A stretch of 64,000 bases of DNA from a virus, in IMG/VR virus record IMGVR_UViG_3300023174_000096, positions 41,517 through 105,516 of that record; one strand, given 5' to 3'. How positions within the stretch are numbered: position 1 is the stretch's first letter; every line of letters starts with the position of its first letter. A model generated the notes under the pieces. It was not told where the DNA came from and searched no databases. It worked only from the letters and a program-made list of their open reading frames with translations. Below are positions 9,859 to 19,882 of this stretch, one piece after another. A program made the position numbers and the translations under genes.

Positions 9859-11040
9859 ATGACCGCCGCCCTCCCCAATCCCGTGGTTCACTACGAGATG
9901 ATCCGCAAAGACCCGCGCAACCCGCTGCGGGTGTTCCCCGAAGACATCAAGTCGAAGATCCTGCACGACCCCTTCAACAAGCAGGGGGACAACCCCCTGC
10001 CCGCGCAGACGGTCAGCGCCTACAGCACCACCTACAACATGATGCGGTCTACCGTCGCTTACGAGCGCGGAGGGCAGCAAGTGGTGGTGCTGGGGCCACG
10101 GATGCAGGAGGCGTTCGCCAACACCTCGCTCTCCGAGGTGAGTGCGGAGCACATCCGTTTCCCCTTCCCCTGCTTCTACCTCGCCACCCCGCAGTCCAAG
10201 CTCAAGGCGTGGGGCGGAAGTGACACCCTGTGGCACCGGGTCGAAGGTGCCTACGTCATGGAAGACCCCGCCGAGCCGGGGGTGATGAGCGTCCTCATCT
10301 GGGGCGCGGCGAACGAGCGGTCGCAGTTTCCCACGGACGACGCGACGTTCTGGTTCTCCATGCGTCTGGGCCACGGCGGGACGGTGGACCTCGACGGCGA
10401 CCTTGAGAAGCGCCTCGACTTGGCCGAGCTTCGCGAAGGCACCCTGCGGAACATCGAACTGGAGTCCGCCGTCACCCGCATGGACCTCGACGCGCGGGTG
10501 AACGGGGTGCTGGACAACCGGGGCGCGAACATCAGTGACCGTCTCGCGAACATCCCTCAATCCGAGGAGCTCGCGCGGGAGGTCAAGGCCATAGTCAAGG
10601 CGTTCCTGCGGGTGGTGATCAACACCCTGCTGTACATCAACAGCGCGTCGTGTGAGACCAAGAGCGCCGACAACGATGGGAAGCGCCGCGAGCTAGAGAC
10701 TGCGCTGGGGCGCAAGAAGCACAAGAACGGCAAGGACGCCAAGAAGCTCGCCCGCGACCTCGACGCCCTCCCCAAGTACCGGGTGACGTGGATCGGCCCG
10801 ACCATCGAAACGAGCGCGGGCGGCGACACAGACCTCACGGGCACCCGCACCGTGAAGGGGCACATTCGCCGGGGCCACTGGCATACCTACCGGGTGGGGC
10901 CGCGAAAGACCGAGGCTGGCGAGAGGATCGACCCTGCGATGCGAAAGGCGTCGCTGAAGTGGGTCGCCCCGGTGTGGGTCGGCGGCGGGGTGCCCGAGGA
11001 CAAGCCCCGCGTCTACGGGGTGCGCGAGCCCGTCACTTGA
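9859..11040 (+). CDS. phage protein with C-terminal HxRRGHW motif
   Basis: GHIRRGHWHTYRVG..KWVAPVWVG. Start is at 9859 or 9850, next to GGGCGTAAT. Confidence 0.65.
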   Translation: MTAALPNPVVHYEMIRKDPRNPLRVFPEDIKSKILHDPFNKQGDNPLPAQTVSAYSTTYNMMRSTVAYERGGQQVVVLGPRMQEAFANTSLSEVSAEHIRFPFPCFYLATPQSKLKAWGGSDTLWHRVEGAYVMEDPAEPGVMSVLIWGAANERSQFPTDDATFWFSMRLGHGGTVDLDGDLEKRLDLAELREGTLRNIELESAVTRMDLDARVNGVLDNRGANISDRLANIPQSEELAREVKAIVKAFLRVVINTLLYINSASCETKSADNDGKRRELETALGRKKHKNGKDAKKLARDLDALPKYRVTWIGPTIETSAGGDTDLTGTRTVKGHIRRGHWHTYRVGPRKTEAGERIDPAMRKASLKWVAPVWVGGGVPEDKPRVYGVREPVT

Positions 11041-11689
11041 TCGCGACGTAGGGGTTCTCCATGAGGTAGTAGTTCATCGGCAACTGATAGAGGTTGCCGC
11101 CGAAGTCCAGAACAAAGTTCTGGCCCTTCACTTCCCGCACGGTCACCACGTCACCGGGGTTCAGCGTGAAACCGCTACGGTATGAGACGGGCTTCAGCAT
11201 CGTCAGCAGCATCCCGGGCTTCAGCGGCTTGGCGTGTTGGACGCCCGCTTCCAGCATGACGAAGTACCGGGGGAAGTAGCTGCGGATGCTCTTCTCCAGT
11301 TGGTCGTGGCTGTCCGAAAGCCCCAGAGCGCGAGCCCACTCCGGGCGTTCGTAGAGGGGGATGCTGATCGCCACGTCCTCCTCGTACCAGTAGTAGCCGT
11401 TGGAGAACTCGGCCATCTTGGTAGCCGCAGCCGTGAGCATCTTCTGGGCTACGCCCTTCGCCACGGCCAGACCACCGTGGCCAGCCGTCCCGTACAGGCG
11501 AACTCCACGAGCCGCTTCCTTCCCGTACTGGGCAGGCCCCCAAGGGGTCCAAGGGGCAGAGCGGTCACCGTCGGGCCAACTCAAGGGGCCAGCGGCGACC
11601 TTCCCGTTGTCCAGCAGCGGGAGGAGGTGTGGGCGAAGGGCGGGCGTCTCATGTGCGAGACGAATCAGCTTGGTGCGAAGGGTGGTCAC
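11033..11689 (-). CDS. leader-bearing protein (copy 2) with DUF7007-like domain
   Basis: MTTLRTKLIRLAHETPALRPHLLPLLDNGKVAAG, then TPWG..TAGHGG..WYEED (family recalled, not searched). Confidence 0.7.
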   Translation of the reverse strand: MTTLRTKLIRLAHETPALRPHLLPLLDNGKVAAGPLSWPDGDRSAPWTPWGPAQYGKEAARGVRLYGTAGHGGLAVAKGVAQKMLTAAATKMAEFSNGYYWYEEDVAISIPLYERPEWARALGLSDSHDQLEKSIRSYFPRYFVMLEAGVQHAKPLKPGMLLTMLKPVSYRSGFTLNPGDVVTVREVKGQNFVLDFGGNLYQLPMNYYLMENPYVAIK

Positions 11690-11732
11690 GGTGAGGTCTC
11701 CTGCTTCTTGCTTTTGATAGACCCGTTAGCGA

Positions 11733-14700
11733 TCACGGGTTGATCTCGATTCCAACGAGGCCCCGAAGGGTGTCCGTCGCCGCCGTTTCGCCGCCTCCCA
11801 CGAAGTTCAGTGCCTTGCCTACCCCGCCCGCATCGTTCTTGATGATGACCTTCACCAGCACCGGGCACTTGCCCTCGCCGTTGATGAACAGCGCGGCAGG
11901 CGAGAGATTCACCGTCACGTCCGTGTAGCGAATCTGGGACACGGTGTCCGTCGCCACGGTGGAGGTCACAAGGCACCCCGCGCCGTCGAGGGCGATGTCC
12001 TGCTTCGACGGACCCGTGCCGTCTGCCCGCCCCGCGTCCATCCACGTCGTCAGCCCCGGCACCTTCACCATCACGGCCATGCCCGTAGCACCCGGCGCGG
12101 TGAGCGCGGTGTACTGGAAGTCCGTGAGCTCCACGCCCCACAGGCGGAAGGTCACCGTGGATAGGCCCGCGTTGGCCGCGTCCGCGTCGAACGCGCGGAT
12201 GTATACCCGGTCGCCCGTGAGCCCCGAGTAGTCTGGCCCTACTGGGACATAGACCGAGGTGTAGTTCGTCTGCGGGTAGATGAGCACCCCCCGCGACGGG
12301 AACGGAGAAGTCAGACCTTCCGTGTAGTCAGGGTTGCGTGCGGGGAGCCCCGCCACCTGTAGGGCGTTTCCGAGATTTCCTGCCGCGTTGACCAACACCG
12401 ACTTGTGGAGGTTCTGGAAGAACCACCCGGGGTAGTTGGGGTCGCCGTTCACCGGGCGCACGGGCACAGCGATGGGTGCGGGTCCGAAGGGAAGCCCCGG
12501 CCCTTGGAGTTGGGTTGCGTCGGCGGGAAAAGTGAAGTTGAGCGGGGTCCAGTTCTCTGGGTAGCGGTAGACCTCGTCCAAGAACCGCTCCGATACGTCC
12601 TTGGGGGCATTGAGCGTGGCCCGAGTTACGTCGTCGGGATTGCCATACGGCACCAGCGCCGCCGTGTTGTCCTCCCGCATTGAGTGGAACAACACCGCAT
12701 CGCCCGTGGTATTGGCGAGGGTGAAGCCCCGTGCAGGGCCACCCGTTCCGCCCGCGTAGGGGAGGGGGTAGCCCGTGACGCCGTCCACGTTCAGCAGCCG
12801 ACGCACGAACAGCCGCGCCTTGGCGTCCGTGGTGAATGCCGGGGTGACCGCATCTCCCGAGAACCGGATGGAGTTCAGCACGTTCCCCGACGCCGTGAAG
12901 TTGTAGATCAGATGGTCTGTGGGCACAGGTGCGAAGGCGTCCGCCGAGGCAAGCGCCACGTCCGCGTAGCCAAACTCGATCCGCTGGCGACGGTACTCCC
13001 CGAGCCCGTTGAAGAACACCGTGAGCGCCGAAGAGATCCCTCCCACGGCAGGGTTCTCTGTGCCCTCGTAGCTGAACGAGGAGAGGGACAGGAAGGCCAA
13101 ATTCTGATTGAGCGCGTACTTCCGAGAGTCGCCCGAGAGCGTGCCTCCCGTGGGAATCACGTCGTGCGAGCGGTAGCTGTCCGCGAAGACGTTGATCACC
13201 TCAAGGTCGAGCACGTTGATCCCGAAGGCCGGGTCGTTCGCCGTCGTGCGGTCGATGGGGACGTAGTATTCGACCCCCGAGTAGAAGGTCGTGTCGCCGT
13301 TGGTGACGTAGGTCACGTCCAAGGTGACGCTGGTGGGGGTGACCGTGCCGCTGTTGTCCTCGACGATTTCCGCGCGGTTCACGGGGTTCGCCACCGACGC
13401 TTCCGGTGACGTGGAGGCCGTGATCAAGTTCTCAAGGATGTCGTAGGGGAAGGCAGAGCCCGTCCATTGCACGAGGTTCACCGAGTACAACTGGTCGCTC
13501 GTCGGCACCACGCCATCCCGCACATACGCCTCGAAGTACGCTTCCTTCTTGAAGTGAACGAGGGCGTAGCTGTCGTCGGTGCGAGTGATTGCCGCCCCCG
13601 TCGCCAGCACGAAGCGGTGACGGTAGCGGGCGATCTGGAAGGCCCAGAAGTCCGCCGTGAAGTCGTCGTAGTCCCCAGCGGGGTCGAGCGTGACCACGCT
13701 GGCCGGGGCGATGGGCGTCGTGAACCGCCCCTTCTCAGCCGTGGGCGTGTAGATCAAGCCCGTCGTTGCCGAGTAGTCCTTGAGGTAGGGGAGGCGGTAC
13801 GCGAAGAAGTTGCTCGCTGTGCCACCGCCAACATTGAACGAGAAACCCGGCAGCGGGACCACTGACCCAATCGCGTTCGCCGTCGCGCCGAAGATGGGCA
13901 GACCACCCGGTGCCGTCCCGGGAGAGAAACCCACCGCTGCGGGGTCCGTGAGCAGTCGCACCTGCCCCGCTGCGGGGTTGAAGAAGGGGTCTTCACCACC
14001 AATGCTGACCGTGGCCCCGAGGTGGATCTCGTCGAGGTTGTACTGCCCCGCCGCGCGACCCGGGAAGTTGTACGGGCTGATGATCGCGTCCACCCCGCCC
14101 GCGCCGTTGACCAGCGTGTACGCACCGGGCGGGGCGGTGTCCGACAGGGAGATCGAGTTGCCCACGGTCCCCGTCGCAACGGGAATGATCTTCACGGTGC
14201 CGCCACCTGTGGGGATGGCCACGAGGAGGGTCGGGAAGTACAGGTTGTTGAGGGCGACCGCGAGGCTCTCCGACGTGAAGACGTTCGATCCGAGAACTTG
14301 GAACTCGTAGGGGGTCGTCGGCGCGGCGACGGTCGCCGTGAAGGTCACGAGCCCGGGCGGTCCACCGGGAAGCCCCGTCAGATCGAGGGTGATGGTATAC
14401 GGCGGAGCGGGGTTGGTGTTGTTCGTGATCAACGCCGAAGCGCGGGTGCCCCCCGAGGCTTCGACGAAGACCCCACCGGGCTCGCCGTCGCACCCGTTGT
14501 CGAGCACCCCCTTGCCGAGCAGAAGCGCCGCCACACAGCGGGCCTGAATGTCCGCGACGGACGCAGCGGGTCCGAAGTCAGGTTCGGTACCCGTGGGCCA
14601 CTTCACCAGCGCGAGCACCCCACGGTCGGCGGGGGATACGATGCCCGACACCACCGCGTGAGGGTCCGCGATGGAGGTGAAAATCCGCCACGTCGGATAA

Positions 14701-15260
14701 CCAGTGCCCACCCCTCCCATCGACAGGGTGGCGAAGCCAGCGTGGACCTTGCCCTCACCGCCGCCCGAGTACAGACCGTTCACCACGTTGAACGTCGGGT
14801 CCGTCGCGGGCTCGACGCCCGTGCCCGTCACTCCCGAGCCAGAAGCCGTGATGGGTGCCCTGTAGTAGTAGGGATACACGGCGCGGGCGTCTGCTGCCAC
14901 GTTGCCCGTGAAAGGCAGGATGCCGTCCCAGAGCTTGAGGATGCCCCAATCGGGCACACCCGTGTTGGAGCTCCCAAGCCATGCCACGCCTTCACTGCCC
15001 ACACCGCCCATTGGAGGAGGAATGAGCGCCGCGAGGTCATCGAGGGACACCTGTACGTTCACCCCCGAGTACCGCTCGTACAGGTTGAGCGTCGAGATCG
15101 CCGTCGCGGGGTGTGCGCCCGTGGGGTTCTCGACGTGCGCGTCGAGAGAGCTCGACGGAGCGCCAACGTCACCGGGAGTGAGAGACGAGGGGCTGACCGA
15201 GCCGGGGGGCGCGAGCCCACCGCCCGTGAGAATTCCCAAGGGGTCGTCAATGCGCGGCAT
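11733..15260 (-). CDS. large virion structural (tail/baseplate) protein
   Basis: 1175 aa, Gly/Thr/Pro/Val-rich, directly downstream of the 1076-aa structural gene. Confidence 0.7.
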   Translation of the reverse strand: MPRIDDPLGILTGGGLAPPGSVSPSSLTPGDVGAPSSSLDAHVENPTGAHPATAISTLNLYERYSGVNVQVSLDDLAALIPPPMGGVGSEGVAWLGSSNTGVPDWGILKLWDGILPFTGNVAADARAVYPYYYRAPITASGSGVTGTGVEPATDPTFNVVNGLYSGGGEGKVHAGFATLSMGGVGTGYPTWRIFTSIADPHAVVSGIVSPADRGVLALVKWPTGTEPDFGPAASVADIQARCVAALLLGKGVLDNGCDGEPGGVFVEASGGTRASALITNNTNPAPPYTITLDLTGLPGGPPGLVTFTATVAAPTTPYEFQVLGSNVFTSESLAVALNNLYFPTLLVAIPTGGGTVKIIPVATGTVGNSISLSDTAPPGAYTLVNGAGGVDAIISPYNFPGRAAGQYNLDEIHLGATVSIGGEDPFFNPAAGQVRLLTDPAAVGFSPGTAPGGLPIFGATANAIGSVVPLPGFSFNVGGGTASNFFAYRLPYLKDYSATTGLIYTPTAEKGRFTTPIAPASVVTLDPAGDYDDFTADFWAFQIARYRHRFVLATGAAITRTDDSYALVHFKKEAYFEAYVRDGVVPTSDQLYSVNLVQWTGSAFPYDILENLITASTSPEASVANPVNRAEIVEDNSGTVTPTSVTLDVTYVTNGDTTFYSGVEYYVPIDRTTANDPAFGINVLDLEVINVFADSYRSHDVIPTGGTLSGDSRKYALNQNLAFLSLSSFSYEGTENPAVGGISSALTVFFNGLGEYRRQRIEFGYADVALASADAFAPVPTDHLIYNFTASGNVLNSIRFSGDAVTPAFTTDAKARLFVRRLLNVDGVTGYPLPYAGGTGGPARGFTLANTTGDAVLFHSMREDNTAALVPYGNPDDVTRATLNAPKDVSERFLDEVYRYPENWTPLNFTFPADATQLQGPGLPFGPAPIAVPVRPVNGDPNYPGWFFQNLHKSVLVNAAGNLGNALQVAGLPARNPDYTEGLTSPFPSRGVLIYPQTNYTSVYVPVGPDYSGLTGDRVYIRAFDADAANAGLSTVTFRLWGVELTDFQYTALTAPGATGMAVMVKVPGLTTWMDAGRADGTGPSKQDIALDGAGCLVTSTVATDTVSQIRYTDVTVNLSPAALFINGEGKCPVLVKVIIKNDAGGVGKALNFVGGGETAATDTLRGLVGIEINP

Positions 15261-15262
15261 GG

Positions 15263-18200
15263 TCAGTTCCCTGCGGAGAGGAGGAGGTTCTTGGTGCGAT
15301 AGACAGCCACCACCGAGGTCGGGACACCCATAGGGTCGGCCACGATGATCTTGTTGTCCGCGTCGAGGATCGCGAAACGCGAGAACACCACGAGGACGAG
15401 CTCGCTGGGGCGAAACAGCAAGCTGGGGACTGCGGGGTTGACCCGCGCCAGCATGGTGGTGAAGGTCTTGTGCCGCACGGCCCCGGAGAGCGGTTGGGTC
15501 ATCGCCGTGGGCTTGTACCCGAGGTGGTTGACGTAGTCGTAGAAGGCACGGAACTCCGCGTCGATGGCCGTCCCCCTGCCTGCCACGGCGTTCCCGAGGG
15601 TCATGAGGTTCGACCCGTCCATCGGGACCATCGAGTGCAGGGTGAGCGTGCCCGTCGCAGCGTTGAAGTCACTCACGGACACCGTGGCCGTCGCCGCGAA
15701 GTACCACTCCTGCGGGAACCCAATGCCCACGTTGGGGGTGGGGATGGGGTCGAGCGGCGCGGCGTAGGGGAAGGCGAGTTCTGCACTGCCCGCACTGGTC
15801 TGACCCGTCCAGATTTGGTTGGACACGGACAGGGGTTCCAGCACCAAGCCCTCCGGGAGGAGCGTCGTGGGCACCCCGCCCGCTTGGACGCCACACGTCT
15901 GGGGCGCGGTCGTCTGGTAGTACACGTCGAGGCGGTACCCCGTGCCCGCGTCGGGGATCGGGTCTTGCGGTGTGTAGACCACCACCACGGGGACTTGTTG
16001 ACCCGCTGCGGGGTTGATGGTGACCTTCCGCTCCGAGCTCCCGAGAGATGCGGCCAGCGTCGGGAGACCGCCCACCGTGAGGCCCGTGGTGGTCTGGATG
16101 CGCCGAGGCGGATACACTAGGGTTTGACTGCGGGTGACGACGGTGTCGGTCACCAACTGGGACTTCTGCTCCAGCAGCACCTCACGGAACGGCACCCGGA
16201 GCTTGGGCTGTGGCACCCACGTCGCGTCCATCTCCGTCGGCCTTTGTGCCGCGTCGTACTGCACAATCGCCCCGCCGTCATACGGGGCGTAACCCGTGCC
16301 CGTGTCGGGGGTGAGCGCAGCACGGGGCGTGCGAGTGAGCCCCGCGCCCGTGGGGTAGGTGATCTCAAGCTCGATGAACAGTCGCCTCCGCGAACCGTTG
16401 CCGCCGAGGACCGTGTCCACGAGCTTTGTCCCCGACCCTACCACGTTGATCACCTGTGGGTTGGCGTCGAGGGTCATGGTGACGATGTCCGTCCCGATCC
16501 CCACGATGTTCTTGAACTGGATCGTCTGGTCTACCGGGACGGTGCTGTGACCGTCGTCGTGGTAGCTCACCAGCACGTCGGTCACGCGCGTCCCCAAGGG
16601 CCACGTCCCGGCCACCGTGTTTACCGCCGGGGCGGCGGTCCAGTTCTGGAGGGACGAGGTACGGAGCGCGCCAAAGTCGAGAGTGACAGTGTCCCCCTCT
16701 GTCCAGCGGTTGACCGCTGCGTTCGTCACCGCGAAGCCCGGGGGGTACGGCCCCGCGTTGGGGAGAACTTCAAAGATCACGCGCTCGACCACGGGCTGCG
16801 AGCCAAACCGTCTCGCGATGTGGTCGAACGTGCGGATGCGGTCGCCAAACACGTTGGCCGAGGGGTCGGTTGAGCGGGCGATCTCGTCGCACACCATCGG
16901 GGTGGTGGACTGCCCGCCCGACCCGCTCCCAATGATCCCCATGTCCGAGGCGTCCACCTGCCAAGTGAGGTTGGTGGAGTCGAGGAGGGATTGGGTCTGG
17001 ACCTTGAGCTCCGAGGCGTAGTCGTACCCCGGCGGGGTGACGTGCCGACGAAGGTCGAGGATGTCCACCGCACTGATGAGGTCGTGGAACAGACCGTCCG
17101 GGCGATCTGACTTGGTCGCCACGATGGCCACGGGACCCGCGCTGTCGAGGTGCGTGTTGTTGAAACCAAGGTGCGTCTGGGAGATGCCCCCGTTGGCGTT
17201 CCCTGCGGGGTTGAATCCACCCGTGCCCGAAGCGTCGTTGCGGCGGAACGCGAAGCACACGGGGATCGCGTACACGAACCCGTCCGCCGTGCCCAGCGCC
17301 GTGGCCGACGCAGAACTGCCATCACCCGCGAGGTACAGACCCCCGTCCACGAACCCGTAGGCCGTCGCGTCCGAGTTGAGGTTGATGGTGGTGTTGTCAG
17401 CAGGGACGAAGGGGTAGCCCGCGACGGGAGCGCCTGTAGCGCCCTGTGCGAGGACGCTGATGTTGCTGAACCCATCGGGCTGCGTCTTGGGGTTCACCCC
17501 GAGCGGCACGTCACCGTAGACACGGATGCGGTACTGCACCTGCACCCGTTGGGTGCTCTCCACGTTCAACGCCGGGTCTACCAAGTTGTCCGGGAGGTCC
17601 ACGCCCGAGGGAGAGCTCACGTTGCCGTGTCGGTAGATCGTGTCCTGCGTGGGCTTGTTCGGGCGATTGGCACCCCCCGTGAGGTTCGGCCCCGAGAGGA
17701 CGATGGAGCCCGCCACTGCTTCCACCCTCGCGAGGGTGACACCGTTGCCCGCTGCGCCACCAGCACCCGCTGTCACTTGGACGATGCTGGAACTGTGGGC
17801 GTTCGCCACGGCGAAGTTCGGGTACAGCGCAGTGGCATTGATTGCCGCCGCGAGGTTGATCCCCGTCACGTCCGCGTTCGCGCCGATCTGGAACTGGTTC
17901 GGCCCCGGCACACCCACGACCGCTGTGAAGGTCACGGTGGGGCCAACAATCGCGCCCGTGTTGAGGGTGACGGTGTCCCCCGCAGAAATCGAGAACGGGG
18001 CGTTGGCGATCTGGACATACCCGTAGGCGCGGGGCGACGGTGCCACCTGTGCGCGCCACACCTCCAAGAACACGAAGTCCGTGCGCTTGATGTCCGGGGG
18101 CAGACCCGAGGAAGGGTCTGCCGGGGGGAGCGTGATGAGGTTCTGTCCCGCCGTCGTGGTGTTGGTGTACTCGACCACCACGGGCATCCCCGCCACGTTG

Positions 18201-18493
18201 GCCAACAACCGAGAGAGGGCGAAGGTGTCAGCAGGAAACGCAGGGCTGAATCCGTAGTCCCCAAGCGCCGAGGTGATCCCCTGCCTACGGATGAACCCCG
18301 AGGGGAGCACCGAGCCCGAGAGAAGCACCCGGTTGTACTCGCTGGCGTCCTGCGCGAGGTTGAGTTCCGCGTCGAGGATCGGACGCCCCGCTTGGTACAC
18401 CACCGTGTCCCACGAGTAGTCGGCGGGCGTGAGGTCGCGCGATACCGACGAAGGGACGGCGGGGAGATTGAGATATCGGTTGAATAGGGGCAT
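15263..18493 (-). CDS. large baseplate/tail-fibre-attachment protein
   Basis: N-terminal VVYQAGRPILDAELNLAQD and DFVFLEVW motifs, typical of large-phage baseplate proteins. Late motif upstream. Confidence 0.7.
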   Translation of the reverse strand: MPLFNRYLNLPAVPSSVSRDLTPADYSWDTVVYQAGRPILDAELNLAQDASEYNRVLLSGSVLPSGFIRRQGITSALGDYGFSPAFPADTFALSRLLANVAGMPVVVEYTNTTTAGQNLITLPPADPSSGLPPDIKRTDFVFLEVWRAQVAPSPRAYGYVQIANAPFSISAGDTVTLNTGAIVGPTVTFTAVVGVPGPNQFQIGANADVTGINLAAAINATALYPNFAVANAHSSSIVQVTAGAGGAAGNGVTLARVEAVAGSIVLSGPNLTGGANRPNKPTQDTIYRHGNVSSPSGVDLPDNLVDPALNVESTQRVQVQYRIRVYGDVPLGVNPKTQPDGFSNISVLAQGATGAPVAGYPFVPADNTTINLNSDATAYGFVDGGLYLAGDGSSASATALGTADGFVYAIPVCFAFRRNDASGTGGFNPAGNANGGISQTHLGFNNTHLDSAGPVAIVATKSDRPDGLFHDLISAVDILDLRRHVTPPGYDYASELKVQTQSLLDSTNLTWQVDASDMGIIGSGSGGQSTTPMVCDEIARSTDPSANVFGDRIRTFDHIARRFGSQPVVERVIFEVLPNAGPYPPGFAVTNAAVNRWTEGDTVTLDFGALRTSSLQNWTAAPAVNTVAGTWPLGTRVTDVLVSYHDDGHSTVPVDQTIQFKNIVGIGTDIVTMTLDANPQVINVVGSGTKLVDTVLGGNGSRRRLFIELEITYPTGAGLTRTPRAALTPDTGTGYAPYDGGAIVQYDAAQRPTEMDATWVPQPKLRVPFREVLLEQKSQLVTDTVVTRSQTLVYPPRRIQTTTGLTVGGLPTLAASLGSSERKVTINPAAGQQVPVVVVYTPQDPIPDAGTGYRLDVYYQTTAPQTCGVQAGGVPTTLLPEGLVLEPLSVSNQIWTGQTSAGSAELAFPYAAPLDPIPTPNVGIGFPQEWYFAATATVSVSDFNAATGTLTLHSMVPMDGSNLMTLGNAVAGRGTAIDAEFRAFYDYVNHLGYKPTAMTQPLSGAVRHKTFTTMLARVNPAVPSLLFRPSELVLVVFSRFAILDADNKIIVADPMGVPTSVVAVYRTKNLLLSAGN

Positions 18494-18547
18494 TTCTCGT
18501 CGCCTTCGCCTAGCGGTTGGGGATAGGCTTTCTAGCCGCCCACGACC

Positions 18548-19882
18548 CTACAGCGACTTCGCCGCGAGGTCTGCCAAGGGGCTGCGGACGCCCTCACCAA
18601 GGTAGACGGACCCTGCGAGGGGGCTGTCCCGAGTCATCTTCGCGGCGTGTACCAACCCGTTGCTGAAGGCATCCAGAAACGGGTCGTCGATCTGCGAGGG
18701 GTCGCCACACAGGACCACCTTGGTCCCGTTCGCAGCGCGAGACACCACGGTCTTCACCTCGTGGGGGGTGGCGTTCTGGATCTCGTCGAAGAGCAGGAAC
18801 GCCCGAGGGATCGACCGCCCACGGATCGAGTGCATGGGCTGGATCTCCACCTGTCCCGATTGGACCAGTTGCTCCCAGTTCTTCTCCTTGACGCCCCGGT
18901 GCTTGTTCTCCTTCGCGTCGGTGGTGAGCAACTGGTCGAGGTTGTCGAAGAAGCTCATCATCCACGGGTGGAGCTTGTCGCTCTCCGAGCCCGGGAGGTA
19001 CCCGAGGTCACGGCCCATCGGGACCACGGGCTTCGACAGGATGATCCGGTCGTAGACGCGATCTAGCTGCTGGAGGCCCGCTTGGAGGGCCATGAGGGTC
19101 TTGCCTGTCCCCGCTGCGCCGAGCAGCACCACCAAGTGGACCTTGGGGTCGAACAAGAGGTCGAGCGCCATGCGCTGCCCGTCGTTCCGGGCGTCGAACT
19201 TCAGTCCTTTCTGGCGAGACACTGGACGTAGTGCAGTGCCCGTCCAGCGGAACAGGCGGTGCGTGCCGTCCCCCTCCAAGAACTTGATGAACTCGTTGGG
19301 CTTCACCCCGGCGAGGTTCACATTTTCGATTACATCCGGCGGGTCGGCTCCGTAGAGAGGCTGAAGGGCATCCGGGTTGGGCAACGACCGCTCATAGACG
19401 CCAGAGGGCACCTCGTTGGGGTCCACCCGGTCTTTCCGGTAGTCCTCTGCCTTCACCCCCTTGGCAGCAGCGAGGATGCGGAGGTTCACGTCCTTGGTGA
19501 CCAGCACCACGGTTTTGTTCGTGAACCGCTCTTGGAGCTTCAGCGCACTCCCGAGGATGAGCAGGTCCATCTTGCGGGAGAGAGTTGTGTTTTGCAGACT
19601 CTCAAAGTGCTCGTCCTGCCCGACGACGTAGAACACGCTCCCGGTCTTGGGGTCAGCGATCCCATCGGGGCTGTTGACATCTCCCTGTGAGACGATCCGG
19701 GCGATGCGCCGCGAGGCCACCCGCGCAGAGCTCGCCACCTCTCGGCGCTGCGACACCTTGAGGTCGTCGAGCTCCATCACCACGAAGATGGGGATGGCCA
19801 CCGACGTGTCTCGGAAGGATCGCAGGGCTTCGGGGTCGTGGACGAGGACGGACGTGTCGAGGACGTACAGCTTGTTGTTCAC
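18548..19882 (-). CDS. phoH: PIN-domain PhoH-family ATPase (PhoH2/YlaK-like)
   Basis: YVLDTSVL, VTKDVNLRI, GAAGTGKT, LGYLPG, RGRS, DEIQN, GDPSQID. Confidence 0.92.
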   Translation of the reverse strand: MNNKLYVLDTSVLVHDPEALRSFRDTSVAIPIFVVMELDDLKVSQRREVASSARVASRRIARIVSQGDVNSPDGIADPKTGSVFYVVGQDEHFESLQNTTLSRKMDLLILGSALKLQERFTNKTVVLVTKDVNLRILAAAKGVKAEDYRKDRVDPNEVPSGVYERSLPNPDALQPLYGADPPDVIENVNLAGVKPNEFIKFLEGDGTHRLFRWTGTALRPVSRQKGLKFDARNDGQRMALDLLFDPKVHLVVLLGAAGTGKTLMALQAGLQQLDRVYDRIILSKPVVPMGRDLGYLPGSESDKLHPWMMSFFDNLDQLLTTDAKENKHRGVKEKNWEQLVQSGQVEIQPMHSIRGRSIPRAFLLFDEIQNATPHEVKTVVSRAANGTKVVLCGDPSQIDDPFLDAFSNGLVHAAKMTRDSPLAGSVYLGEGVRSPLADLAAKSL